This document shows positions 27,001 through 40,509 of a stretch of DNA of 64,000 bases, piece after piece. The notes beneath the pieces were generated by a model. It was not told the DNA's origin, ran no database searches, and worked only from the letters and a program-made list of their open reading frames with translations. The stretch lies in assembly GCA_964016885.1 (NCBI GenBank), contig OZ024743.1:230082001-230146000 (forward strand). The letters are read 5' to 3'. Source of the stretch: Eledone cirrhosa. Its lineage: Eukaryota. The number at the start of each line of letters is the position of its first letter. Within the stretch, counting starts at the first letter, position 1. Made by a program: the position numbers and the translations under genes.

Positions 27001-27465
27001 CCAGTTCGGGATAAACTCTACAGGCATGGAGGTGCCGTCAGCCGGGCATGTCCGAGATGCGCGCAGGGCGACGAAACCGTCCTGCACGCACTCGTCCAGT
27101 GTCCGATAATTGCTGACTTGTGGGTTTATGTCGAACACCTGCTGTCGCGTTTACGACGGATCCGGCTATCAGCTGAGTCCATCGTGAGGATTGCCCCGCC
27201 CTCCTCCTTTAGCCGGGAAGGGCAGGCAGTTTTTATCTGTCTGGTCGCCATGGCGAAAGAGATAGTATGGTGGACACGTTTGAAAGGGCTGAAGACGAGC
27301 ACTTACCTCTTCGGTGATGCTCTGATTGACTTTTTCAAATTTCATTTGAAAAGGAAAATCAGGGTAGAGAGGGAAGTGCTCTCTTCCCAGCATTTAGTTG
27401 AAAGATGGGTGAGAGAAGCAAGAATGGCCCGAGTGAATGGGCCTACTCTGAGTATATATCTGTAA
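24045..27465 (+). pseudogene. Tx1 ORF2: APE endonuclease + RT + C-terminal zinc finger; disrupted in the N-terminal third
   Basis: IGSINVRGL, AISET, VYAP, SYLDR; stops at ~24492 and ~24771 and a frameshift near 25130. Intact RT (NFRPITLLN, QGCPLS, YADD) and CPRC..ETVLHALVQC. Confidence 0.93.
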
Positions 27466-27693
27466 ATTAAAGGTGGAAAACTGGGAGAGGCTTTTTACTG
27501 GGCTTTCTCCACAAATGTCCCTCCGAAGTCTCCCCCCTATTGGGGAATTTTTCATTGTTATTTTCATTGTTATTTTTGTTACATCCTCTGTTTTTGTTTT
27601 TTACACGCAGAAATGCCCATTTGTACCGTCCTGCATTGTCCTGCACTGTCCTTAATGTCTACTTTATGTAAACCCTTGTGGTTAATAAAGAAA

Positions 27694-27728
<35 letters not shown>

Positions 27729-27937
27729 CCCGCTAGAGTTCCCAACAGAACTGCCGCCACCAGCGATGTCGGTAAACTAACGGTGAATCAATTGTTAGAT
27801 TAATAAATTGTAACTTATGGAGCATCATGCAAAAACCCACATGGATTTATGCATATATATCTATGTATATATATATATATGTATAAGCGTATATATATAT
27901 ATATACATATATACATATATACATATATATATACACA

Positions 27938-28062
<125 letters not shown>

Positions 28063-28117
28063 AAGCGTATATATATATATATATATATATAAATATTTAT
28101 ATATGTATATATAAGTA

Positions 28118-28189
28118 TCCAATGTGGTCTAGTGGTTAGGATTCCTGGCTTTCACCCAGGTGGCCCGGGATCGATTGCTGGCATGGGAA
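28118..28189 (+). tRNA. tRNA-Glu(TTC), probable pseudogene
   Basis: TCCAATGTGGTCTAGTGGTTAGGATTCCTGGCT-TTC-ACCCAGGTGGCCCGGGATCGATTGCTGGCATGGGAA. A box and anticodon arm are intact. Defects: T-loop GATCGA instead of GTTCGA, mismatches in the T and acceptor stems, and only T3 downstream. Confidence 0.8.
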
Positions 28190-28594
28190 CTTTATATATG
28201 ATTTGTTACATTTCTTGTAGATTTAATGAACTGTTTCTAGCTTCATCGTCTTCTCGTTGACAACTACCTAACTATATACTGAATAACTACAGATACACCA
28301 CATGGATTTAGATGCTCTTTTAGCTGAAATAGCTGTACAGTCTAGACACGACAAAATTCATTAAAGTTTCTTTCTTGAAATAGTTATTAATTAGTATATG
28401 TTAAGACTAGTCCATTGTAAAGTTATGAAAGCCTTCAGTTGCTAATTAATTGTGTTGATTAGCTAATATTCTTAATCTTGGCGAAATCGCGGTTTATACG
28501 GTTATGCAATTCAAATTATATTTTTTCCTTGAATACATTTTTTGCTTGCTATTTTCTCAATAGTCATATACTTGAGTATATTACCTTCCGTACA

Positions 28595-28765
28595 GAACAT
28601 CCGTTATATTCATGGTCCCTGACAACAATGTCAATTCTGCTACGAGTGTACAGCAAGGAGACAAACTCGGTCCGCTCCTCTCTGCGATGGAAGTAGACGA
28701 CGTTGCCCGATGTGCTCGGTCTCCTATCAATATCTGGTACGCAACCCTATGTGGCTTGGCTGAGC
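28595..28765 (+). pseudogene. CRE-like non-LTR RT fragment
   Basis: SATSVQQGDKLGPLL...SPINIWY[LDD absent]ATLCG matches the QQGDPLGP / WYLDD pattern. Confidence 0.65.
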
Positions 28766-28849
28766 CACATGCTGAAGCGAACTAGCATATCGTTCTGGAA
28801 GAGCTTTTAACAAAATGAACTTTAGGATTGAAATAGTAGAAAAACAAGG

Positions 28850-29575
28850 AGCTACTGTCCCGTACCAGTAGAGTATACATCTTTAGGAAACCCATGTTCT
28901 GATAGAAACAGTATAGTCTGTAAGATAAATTCAGAGATAAACTGCAAAACTAGTCTATAGGATACGATGTACAATGGAACGATGGAAGAGACAGTCTGTA
29001 GTATAGGAAAGACATTAAAGGAACATAGGCGACAACTTAAAGAAGAAGATAGCTCATCAGTGCTAAACCAACAAGCCAAACTAGAACACGAGGGCTAAAT
29101 AGGTAAGATAGAAACAAAGATAATAGCCATTCATAGAACTGATGCAACACTTTGGCAAAATACGGAGATCACACATAATAGAAGATAGACCTAGCCTGAA
29201 CAGGAAACACGAGTGGAATTGTAGTAGCCCGAACATTTAACGGCTAAAGACAGAATAGAAAACCAGACATAAACAGCAAAAAAGCCAACAATACAAATCC
29301 ATACACACATAAAACATACATAGGCATGACAAACACAAAATACATTAACACATACACACAGATGAAAGCGCAAGCGGAAATGGACCACAAAACAAGGACA
29401 AGATGGAGTAAAAGTTCAAGACCAGGAAATGAGGAGGCACAAAACAGATAGTCATTGATGAAGTCACAGAAAGTTGACAAATGAATGAATAATGAATAAT
29501 AAAAAAAAGTGAAAACCATGTGGTGTGCGTGTTTCTTACTATTAGCAGGAATAGTGGCAACATGAACATACCCAC
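28850..29575 (+). mobile_element. Decayed PLE 3' end (GIY-YIG remnant + pseudo-LTR with decayed HHR near 29450-29480)
   Basis: SIVCKINS...LKEHRRQLKEEDSSSVL...DATLWQNTE. AGTCATTGATGAAGTCAC..TTGAC and GTGCGTGTTTCTTA..GGCAACATGA are homologous to 51488-51670. Confidence 0.6.
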
Positions 29576-29602
29576 ACACATATATATTACATATATATTA
29601 CA

Positions 29603-29683
<81 letters not shown>

Positions 29684-29764
29684 GATAAGCAGAACAAGCA
29701 AAATTCAACCAATTTTTTTAAATAAATTAAAAAATATAATTTAAATATTTACCTATCCTTTTCG

Positions 29765-29843
29765 CCCTTACCGATCGGTTTCGCTTTGTAAAACACCAGA
29801 AATCCAATGGATTTCTAATGGAAAATCAAAGTTCATCGGAGAA
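29765..29843 (-). ncRNA. Type I hammerhead, C4 variant, extended stem II
   Basis: TTCT-CCGATGA-ACTTTG..ATTAGAAATCC att GGATTTCTGGT..CAAAGC-GAAAC-CGATCG-GTA-AGGG; lies in the (TA)n-bounded insert 29680-30160. Confidence 0.7.
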
Positions 29844-30156
29844 CCATTTTCCTTTCCTAGGGCTAAAGACCCAGGAACGATAAAATATATCGCCATCCAC
29901 CACCTAGCACAGATCTAATGAGGTCGAAAAGTGACCCGTACGTGAACTAGTCCGAAGTAAAAGAGGGAAAAAACATAGACGTGCTGTCCATCTTACTACT
30001 AAAAATAGCCGCTAAATAGAACAACAGATTTGTTCTCTACATAACGGAGATTAATAATAAAGGAAGTTAATATGCCCAAGGGTACTAAGTACCCATGGAA
30101 ATATATAGGTTGTCTATGATTCAAGGTTGTTCAATGGTATTAATTTGACATACCAG

Positions 30157-30470
<314 letters not shown>

Positions 30471-30482
30471 TGTATATATATA

Positions 30483-31359
30483 CGAGGTGGGTCAGAAAAG
30501 TTCCAGGACTGATGACACAAAAGATTTATTTCAAACCCAAAGTTCACACTAAGAGTTTTCTCCTTCAAAGTAATCCCCCTGGAGTCTAATGCACTTTTCC
30601 ATCCTTTTCTGCCACGCTTGCATACAGACCTAGAAGGATTCTTCCGGGATCCTCCGAAGTTCCGTCGTCACGGCCTTTTTGATATCGTTCACGTCTTCAA
30701 AACTGGTCCCCTCCGGGTCGTACTCGAAGATCCATGACTCATCACCCGGTAATGACTGTCCCTAGCAAGTCTGGTTCGGTTTCAAGACGCTCGAGGATGT
30801 CCTGGCACACTTGCGTGCATCGACCCTTCTGGTCATCGTTCTGCAGTTTTGGCACCATCTTCGCGCAGACTTTCCGCATTTCCAAATCTTCACTGAGAAT
30901 CTTCCAGACGCTGTCCCGATTCATGCCCAGCTCATTTGCCATCAGTCGAACAGTCAACCAACGATCGCTACGCCCCATCTGCCTGACGCACTCAACGTTT
31001 ACCTCAGTCCTGGTTGTTGAGGTTCTTCTGCTCCCAGGGTCATCTTCCACGTCCTCGCGTCCTTCTTTAAACCTCTTGCACCACTCAAAAACACGTGAGC
31101 GTGACATCGTCTCATCTCCATACACTTGCTGCAGCAATCCCAGTGCTTCTGGCGGACTTTTCAAGCCTGTTCGTTTCTCTGTGCTCATTGCTTGACGACC
31201 TAAAATTATGAAGAAAAAAGTTTGATTGTTGCAGAGAGCTAAGATTACAGTTACATACCACAGGGGGATTACTTTGAAGGAGAAAACACTTAGTGTGAAG
31301 TTTGGGTTTGAAATAAATCTTTTGTGACATCAGTCCTGGAACTTTTCTGACACACCTCG
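30483..31359 (-). mobile_element. Internally deleted mariner with ~100 bp TIRs, TA target
   Basis: TA-CGAGGTG...CACCTCG-TA. N-terminal HTH (VFEWCKRFKEGREDVEDDPGS, KVCAKMVPK, VITG) is fused to the C-terminus ([12 protein letters not shown]); most of the DD34D domain is missing. Confidence 0.92.
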
Positions 31360-31372
31360 TATATATACACAC

Positions 31373-31444
<72 letters not shown>

Positions 31445-31447
<3 letters not shown>

Positions 31448-31639
31448 TAACGAAGGAAATGTGGTAAGGAACCAAGTGGACCATAACGCACCAGAGTACT
31501 CAATACTTAGAGTAGTAGCGTGGGTAATAGGAACGAGTAGGACCCCGACGGCTGAGCTCAAGCCGTTTCGACGGCTAATTCTGGACTCAGAATTAGCCGT
31601 TGAAACGGCTTGAGCTCAACCGTCGAGGTCCTACTCGTT

Positions 31640-31644
<5 letters not shown>
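31445..31644. mobile_element. Hairpin-type PLE pseudo-LTR insertion (arms 31527-31583 / 31588-31644) containing the 3' half of a hammerhead
   Basis: GAAACGG..CCGTC stem III/GUC in both arms; core is missing; bounded by (TA)n. Tail motif GTACTCAATAC is shared with 5402-5412. Confidence 0.6.
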
Positions 31645-31709
<65 letters not shown>

Positions 31710-32959
31710 GCAAATATTGAGCTATTTTACAATTGAGTAATGAAAGAATGAATAAATAAAAAAAAATGAATAACTAATTTAGTAAATAAATGAGAAATGG
31801 GGTCTTTTAATAAACGAACCCACTGGATTTTAATATCCGGGTCTAAACAGTAACACGAACATGATAACGGAATAGAGTTGTAACGCTTCAGAGTCCCGAA
31901 CTATATGGTGTGTGTTGTTTATATAGTTCGTTTATGATGTGAATTAAAATCTTGGTGCCAGGCTTTTGCTATAAGTCCTCAGAAATTGCTAAACGAAGTA
32001 ACAAGTATGTTCTGAAGTGGAATATATCAAGCTTATGGTATTCCTATTTACAATCAGGGAACTCTGTTTGTTACTGATTTTTATGGAGTTCAGTGGTAGC
32101 GAAATAAATTGTCTCTTGGTAGGAGGCAAGTTGAAAGCAGTTAATTTATCGACATAGACGAATTTAAACTAGACTCGGCAAGGCAACAATCAATCTCTGG
32201 TGAATTTTACATTCATGAATGAAATGAATTTCACTCATTTCACACCCAAGTACCTTTAAAGTAAATAATATATTGGATAATACAGTCAACGATAATTCTA
32301 GTGATAAGACAGGAACATGGCTTGAACCTCTTCGATTACAGATCTGCTTAATCAGAGTTGATCTGTAGAGAAATTACAATAAAATCAAGGATTTCTAATT
32401 AAACGACCACGTAGAATTCTCTTGCTGTCTAGTGGTTTTACAGTTATGTAAGTGCAATATCTAACGAGGCTTTATATGTTTCTAAAACAAGTTAAGATGC
32501 AATATGACTGCTTGTTTTAGCAAATCCGGTGATCAGGTAAATGTTCTCTTGTTTGTTCATAGCATGTGTGTGTTTATGTTGAAATTAACGAGCAATTGGC
32601 TGAGCCTTCAAGAGATACAGTGAAAATGCTAATTCTTTGAATGTACAGGTACATTTTTCTAGTCAACTCGGCTAGGGCAACGCGCCGACGGGAAGCGGAC
32701 TTATTACGATCGTGACCTGACCAACCTAACGACTCTACTACTTCACTGTTGGTTCATAGAAATAGATTATATAGATAAAGTTACATAACGTAAACGTTCT
32801 GTTTTCCAAATACTTGGAAAGGAAACACTAAATCTTGATAGCTTCTTTCATTTTATATTGTTTTGCTTCATATTTTTCTTGAAGGGGGAAGGTTGGGTAA
32901 TAATTTCCTATATTTTATGTTTCTTTCCAAACACAGACATTTCATTTCATTATTTTCAA

Positions 32960-33260
32960 ATTGTTGTTGATGCTGTTTTTAGTGTAGAGGTTGATATTGA
33001 TGTTGAATAGTGTTGTTGTTGTTGTTGATGTAGTTATTGGTGTTGAAGCTGTTGTTCTTGTTGATGTTGTATTTTGTGTTTGTGTTGTTCTCGTTGATGT
33101 TGTTACTGGTGTTGATGTTCTGGTTGATGTTGCTATTAGTGTTGTTCTTCTGGTTGATGTTGTTATTGGTGTTGATGTTCTGGTTATTTTTATTGCTGTT
33201 ACTGTAGATGTTGTTGTTATTATTGTAGATGCTGTAGTAGTTGATGTTGATTTTAGTATT
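32960..33260. repeat. Degenerate (GTT/GAT)n low-complexity tract
   Basis: Direct inspection. Confidence 0.8.
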
Positions 33261-33633
33261 ATCCTTACAGTTTCTTGTTTTGATATAACTTTTCGAGTTA
33301 GTCACGTTCTCGGAAGTAAAATAGCTACAAAATTCTAATTAACTGTCTGTAACGATGGTCATAGTATTTTCAGTTGGTTTATGTCACATTCTGTTGTAGT
33401 TGTAGGTGTCGTCTTTTCTTTTTCTATACATTATTTTCTTTTTGTAAGTCTACAATGAACTGAATTTGTGATAGGAAAAGGGAAGAGTGTAGAAGAGAGA
33501 ATGGAGGCGCTTCTAATTAGTTAACAACAAAGACTCATATTTATATAATTTGAAACTATAGTCACCAAAATGCAGATAACTAGATAGTTGCTAGCTATGC
33601 ATAATAGTTGAATAAGTCGGATCAATTACACAT

Positions 33634-34370
33634 CCTTCTTCTTCTTCTTCTTCTTCTTCTTCTTCTTCTTCTTCTTCTTCTTCTTCTTCTTCTTCTTCTT
33701 CTTCTTCTTCTTCTTCTTCTTCTTCCACTTATTTCTGGAAGATTCGTAAAGGCAGATAACTCAATCACACTTTCCAGTTGGTCCTGTCAGGAACAACTGT
33801 CTCCAAGTTGATCCAGCAAACTACCCAAGCGAGACCAGCTGAGCTCATGGATGTTATGCAGCCATTTGTTCGGGGTTTACCTCTGGGTCTCATGCCGGTT
33901 GCTTTTGCCATTTTGATCTGTCCATTGATTCGTTCCTGAAACATTGTAACCACATGTCCGTATTATCGAAGCTGTTGTCTCTCATTTCGGAGAAGCAATG
34001 ACTTGAGCGACCCTGATCTCCGAGTTACGCAATCTATCCAGTAACGTTCCACCGAAAACATTTCGAACGAACCTCGTTTTGGTCGCTTTTATTCCTGCTT
34101 GGCCTTTACACCGACGTCCCTTCTTGTGATAACAGATGAGTGCTGAAGCTGTCGCATTGCTGCACCAGCTCCTGAAATTCTTGCACTTAATTTACCCTCA
34201 TGCATTCGATCGCACATGAGCACAACTCCTAGACACTTGAACAACTCAACTTGGTTCAGTGGAATTTCAATCACAAAAAGAGTGCACTGCGCAGGCTTCT
34301 TTGAGAAGACGATTGTCTCAGACTTCGCAGCACTAATATTCATTCTTGTAGTGCAGCAGTCGCCAGCAAA
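33634..34370 (-). mobile_element. Decayed RTE-clade LINE 3' fragment with (AAG)n tail
   Basis: KSETIVFS..LNQVELFKCLGV..ARISGAGAAMRQL and RPRGKPRT; (CTT)n at 33634-33724 lies at the 3' end. Confidence 0.75.
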
Positions 34371-34678
34371 CTATCAAGGGCAGTCTGGAGATCGCCTTCT
34401 GACGAGTTATGTACGCTTGAAGGCGGAAAAGATTGACAGAGACGATTGTGGGGATCACACGACGGGCATACGTGAGATGCGTGTTTCTATTCCCCACATG
34501 CACCTCTGTCTATTTGTTTCGGCTCCTGGGGTTCTTTTCTCGACGTATTCAAATATTTAGTTTAAAAATATTATTATAGTTATTTGCATCATGGCGACTA
34601 GGTTTCAAGACCCAATATTGACCTCACCTCCAGAATACAAATGGGATTATAATTGTGACTTTTCTTCAAGCACTTACG

Positions 34679-34796
<118 letters not shown>

Positions 34797-34848
34797 TCCC
34801 TCTCTCTCTCTCTCTACCTCTGTATATATATATATATATATATAATTA

Positions 34849-35461
<613 letters not shown>

Positions 35462-35462
35462 C

Positions 35463-35503
<41 letters not shown>

Positions 35504-35581
35504 TATATAATATATCTATATATATATATACTATATATTATATATATATATAATATATATATATATATATTATATATATAT

Positions 35582-36577
35582 ATACGGATTAACGATAATC
35601 GTTAAATGCAGTCCACTTAGGTGAGTCAGTTATGCTTTTTCAGGTAGTGGATGATATTAACGCTTGGCTGGTTTGACTCAACAAGGCGTTTTCATAGTGA
35701 TGCTGCGGGTATGCCGTAATTCCTATGTTGTAAACACTTGAGTAATAATAAAGCAGGAAAGAAAGGTTTACATGAGGTTTGCTATACAAAAAAGTTTTTA
35801 ATCACATTAGCTTACATTTGTTTCACAGAACTGTATGTCCTAGAGATCGCTATCCGCTTAAATTTTGCGTTACTCGATCGCCAATACAGAATTATAACCA
35901 GTCAGATCTTCGGAGCTTGCGAGAATGAAGAAAATACACAGGCAAGAAAAGAAAAGAAAAGAAAATACAGCTACTATATGAAGTAGTAATGGCATTCAAT
36001 TAGAACAATAACAACAATTACAACAATCTATCAATAAATTATTTAAGGAGACCCTGACATTACTTAGGTGGGGTGTATATAATGTATCTAATTAGTTTAC
36101 GGCGTGTAAAACTAGCTGTCATAAGGCAAAATGAAGCATTGACATGTACAAAGTATCGTAGTGTATATCAATTTGAAATTATAAAGATAAGCTAGTTTTT
36201 TACGTCTTTCTCTTCATCTTCAACGGTATTCATGAGTGGGACCACTGTCAAAGCTAAATAGTTGTAGAGTTAATACAGAGGTTAACGAATTAATATTGTT
36301 AATGTTATTGTTCTAATGTTATTGTTCTAATTGAATGCCATTACTACTTCATATAGTAGCCTGTATTTTATTTTATTTTATTTTCTTACCTGTGTATTTT
36401 CTTCATTCTCGCATGCCCCGAAGATCTGACTGGTTATAATTCTGTATTGGCGATCGAGTAACGCAAAATTAAGCGGATAGCGATCTCTAGACATACCAGT
36501 TCAGTGAAACAAATGTAAGCTATGTGATTAAAAACTTTTTTGTATAGCAAACCATGTAAACCTTCTTTCCTGATTTA
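35582..36577. mobile_element. Divergently inverted PLE pseudo-LTR insertion (arms ~35749-36013 / 36316-36577)
   Basis: ~265 bp inverted repeat between (TA)n tracts, with an HHR in each arm. Confidence 0.75.
36409..36527 (+). ncRNA. Hammerhead C4 variant with ~80 nt stem II (mirror copy 35802-35922 -)
   Basis: CCGAAGA-T CTGA CTGGT...ACCAG T TCAG T-GAAAC aaat GTA-AGCT; in the minus copy stem I is AGCT/AGCT. Confidence 0.65.
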
Positions 36578-36587
36578 TATATATATA

Positions 36588-36632
<45 letters not shown>

Positions 36633-36705
36633 CATAATTATATATATACATATATATAAGGTTAAAACAATGAAATAAAAAATCAAGTCATTAGAGATAT
36701 ACTTC

Positions 36706-36843
36706 AGTGCTATACGATCGTTTCTAAATGATGATAATACATTGTAGTTATACTCCGTTATTGATCTATGTAAGGTTAGTTACAAAATATCAGATACAGA
36801 GCATATTTACTTACATGCATTTCACCATCTGTTTTCAAACGCT
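36706..36843 (-). ncRNA. Hammerhead U3-A8 variant with ~107 nt stem II (decayed stem I)
   Basis: TTGAAAA-CAGATGGTGAAATGCAT...ATGTATTATCATCATTTA-GAAAC-GATC-GTA; same layout as 4640-4790. Confidence 0.5.
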
Positions 36844-37146
36844 ATAATAATTTTATTGAATAATAATTTTATTCAGAATTAGTAGTATGTTAGTATCATG
36901 TCCTTATTTGGAGGTTGAAGAACCAATGAATCAAATTGTTTCGTTGGCATAGTTAAAACACATAACATATCATAGATTACAAAGTGCATATATCCACACT
37001 ATATATAGAGAGAGGTACAGTTATATTGATATCCAACAAAATATACATACGCACAAATAGTTGCAAACCTAAATACAAATTTACACATATGCACATCAAT
37101 CATATACACACATATCCATACATATCTATATCCACACATACACACC

Positions 37147-37175
<29 letters not shown>

Positions 37176-37178
<3 letters not shown>

Positions 37179-37559
37179 TAGATATTCGAAAAATATTCTG
37201 TATGTTTATAATAAACATTTGAAGACCTAATCGCTATAGAATAGAATACGTCACGTATTACAATTAGATTCTCGATAAAAGCAAGGAAGTAATCTACGCG
37301 TTTCATTCTTATTAGAAATCTTCAGGACCACATATGCAGTGCTTTTATCGAGAATGACACAGCTAGAGACTTATAGAATACTTAGCTGTGTACAGGTACT
37401 GGTTTGAAAGAGCGGTTGCCGGTCCGGCAGAAATAGAAATTGGAATAAATGCTCTGAAATAGCGATATATATGTGAATTATAGAACATAGAATATTCGAA
37501 AATATTCTGTATGTTTATAATAAACATTTTGAAGACCTAATCGCTATAGAATAGAATAC
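37176..37559 (-). repeat. ~310 bp-period tandem unit with minimal HHR, running into the assembly gap
   Basis: 37176-37249 is repeated at 37485-37559; HHR at 37289-37331. Confidence 0.7.
37289..37331 (-). ncRNA. Minimal type I hammerhead, canonical core
   Basis: GTGGTC-CTGAAGA-TTTCT aata AGAAT-GAAAC-GC-GTA-GATTAC; palindromic stem III ACGCGT. Confidence 0.8.
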
Positions 37560-37759
37560 NNNNNNNNNNNNNNNNNNNNNNNNNNNNNNNNNNNNNNNNN
37601 NNNNNNNNNNNNNNNNNNNNNNNNNNNNNNNNNNNNNNNNNNNNNNNNNNNNNNNNNNNNNNNNNNNNNNNNNNNNNNNNNNNNNNNNNNNNNNNNNNNN
37701 NNNNNNNNNNNNNNNNNNNNNNNNNNNNNNNNNNNNNNNNNNNNNNNNNNNNNNNNNNN
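37560..37759. other. Assembly gap (200 N)
   Basis: Run of N. Confidence 1.
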
Positions 37760-37854
37760 ACTATGCTAGAAAGCATGGCATCCGATTCTCTACCGATACT
37801 GCCAATCCACCGCCCTTTATGGTTTATGGTTTAAATAATGATTATTATTTATGT

Positions 37855-38062
37855 CGGTGTAAGGCAGAATAAGTAGAGCATCGGACACCAAGTTTTGCAG
37901 CATAGAATGCGGTTCATTCAGGTATGAGTTCAAGTCTCACCGAGGTTAGCTTTGCTTTTCCTCCTTACGGGGTCGGTAAAATAAAGCCCCAGTAATGCAC
38001 TGGAGTCAATTTGATCGAATTTACCCTCCCCTAAAATTAGCCTTCTGCCTAAATCAAATTAT
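37855..38062 (+). mobile_element. tRNA-derived cephalopod-type SINE (a 5' fragment of a second copy on - at 37760-37815)
   Basis: GGCAGAAT...GAGTTCAAGTC..CCGAGGTT..CTTTGCTTTTC..GGGGTCGGTAAAATAAAG..; homologous to 50179-50372. Confidence 0.7.
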
Positions 38063-39032
38063 TTGGGCTGGTGGAATGTAAACTAAGAAGAGCCACACTA
38101 AAATTGTTTTGAAGCATTTATATATATTCTTCAACTATCTGAATTCAAATATTTTGCGGAGACGCTGCCTCCATGGCAGATACAAATCTACTATTAGGTG
38201 CTATGAATGCAGCATGGTTAAGGCCTTCGTTTTTGTAATCGTTAGTTATCGACTTTTTTCACACCGCGTAGCAAACTGGGCAGGTGCCTTTTACTATAAT
38301 TTCGGGACGACCCATGTTGTGCTAGTGAAATTGATTGGGTGGTTAGAAACTGTTTGGAAGCCCATCGCATGAACTGTACCAGTAATTCAAACGGCCAACA
38401 TTGTTAAGCTGAATATTTCTGAGAATTACACTAAGGGTAGATGTGTTTTTGGAATGATATGCACTCTAATTTCAGGAGCAATATGTTCCTTTTGTTGAAC
38501 CATTAGTATATTCATACTCAAAAGCGACGGAGGTCCATGTTTGTGTTTCAGGTAAAATCAATCCTACCACACACTCCGGTGTAAAATAAAAATACTATTC
38601 AACTACTGTAGGTATATTCTACTAAATACACGCCCAAATCAGTTAAAATACGAAAAAAGAAACCACTAAGATTTTACATCAAATTAAAAAGGGCGAAATC
38701 AACAAAAACAATAAAGCAAATTAACAATAAGAAGAACTAATAATATTAACAAAAATAATATAGAAGTGGTATACAATTCTTTAGCGGTCTATTTTCCTTT
38801 GAAATTTCGACAGTATTTGTGTTAAAAACATTTGACGCCTATGTATAAATTTACACCTCTATCACAAATCCTTTTAAAATGTTTATTTGGGTGTTTACAA
38901 ACATTCATGTTACTTTTTCAGTAGCTTATTTTGTTATATATACTTTATATACATATACATCACACACACGCACACACACGCACATATATATATATATGGT
39001 AGCGATTCTTTGCTTAAACTTTAATCTGTTAA

Positions 39033-39074
<42 letters not shown>

Positions 39075-39084
39075 TATAGTATAG

Positions 39085-39157
<73 letters not shown>

Positions 39158-39526
39158 TGTGTCTGTATATAAGTATATAATAATATAGTGTGCGTACGTG
39201 CATGTGTGTGTGTATGTGTTTCTGAGCTTTTTGTTTGGGTATTCTCTTTTAACACTACTGTTTCTAGTTACGACATAGCAAAACTATAACATTATTGTTG
39301 ACTAACAAGCCTATCACTGCTTGATGATTATATGGTGGATGTCATTATTATTATTAGTATCCTCAGCATTATTATGCTAAAAGATAAGTTTATATGTATA
39401 CACTAATACAAAGACAAGACAACATGAGCAGGTATATATATATAATTATATATATGTACATATATATATATGTGTAACTATATATACAATTTATGTGTTT
39501 GCGTGTTTGTATATATATATATATTT

Positions 39527-39561
<35 letters not shown>

Positions 39562-40509
39562 CTGTATGTGATTGTGTGTGTCTGTATGTGATTGTGTGTG
39601 TAAGTATATATATATATATATGGTATACTCACATCTACGAATATATGCCTATACACATATATATACATGTATATTTAAATATGTGTGTATACATACATAT
39701 ATAGATACATATAAAGACGTAGTTGTGTTTCTGTTTATTTGTGTAAATGTAAGTTGATGATGTCGGTGAATGGAAGAGAAGTGAGAATGAGACAATATTG
39801 ACAGCATATGAGATTAATACTACAGAAGTTGAGCCTGGATACCATGACACTTGAGCCCTAACCAGATCTATAAACTCTTCATGAAATTTCATGTAATTCT
39901 CATGTGGTTTCTCTAAAGTACACAAGATTCCAAATCTCTCTCTCATTTCTCTCTCTTTAGCAACCCCCCTCTTTTTCTCACTCCCCTCTCTTTCTCAATT
40001 TCTCTTTTTTTCTCTCTCTCCTCTCTCTCCAATTTTCTCTCTATCTTTTCCATTTTCTCATTCACTCTGAGTGTAATGCCAAAAAAAAAAAAATGTACTC
40101 ATTCATTTCAATGGAGTTAATTATTCATCTCAAATTAGGTGAGTCACAAATCAATTCTTGCGTGCTGGTAACAAAATGTATAATATCTCACGCTTGAACA
40201 CACTTATATAACAAGGTGTGAAACTCAGAAAAACTTGGAGTAGATCCGAAGTAAATCATCAGCTACAATCGCATACACTATTTATGTATGTATGTTCTTC
40301 TGGTTTTATAATTTCACAAATTTTTACCAATAGAGACAGAGTCGGTTTCTCACATAGATACAATACAGTCTCATTGGAATTTAGACAACATGAACTAGGT
40401 AGAAATGTCTGCACGTCTGCATGCATGCATGCATGTGTGACTAGGTATGTATGTCATTGTATGTGTAGAGGTGAATGTTTTGAGATATATCTGTTCATGT
40501 GTACATGGA

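Larger units (their letters stand above)
21861..27727 (+). mobile_element. Near full-length Tx1/L1-clade non-LTR retrotransposon (ORF1+ORF2, inactivated)
   Basis: ORF1 with CCHC knuckle, ORF2 with APE-RT-Zn finger, 3' UTR hairpin, AATAAAGAAATC(ATT)n tail; the 5' boundary is approximate. Confidence 0.93.

Noticed and set aside
32979-33338. Asn-rich / Val-rich ORFs
   Set aside because: Degenerate trinucleotide low-complexity DNA.
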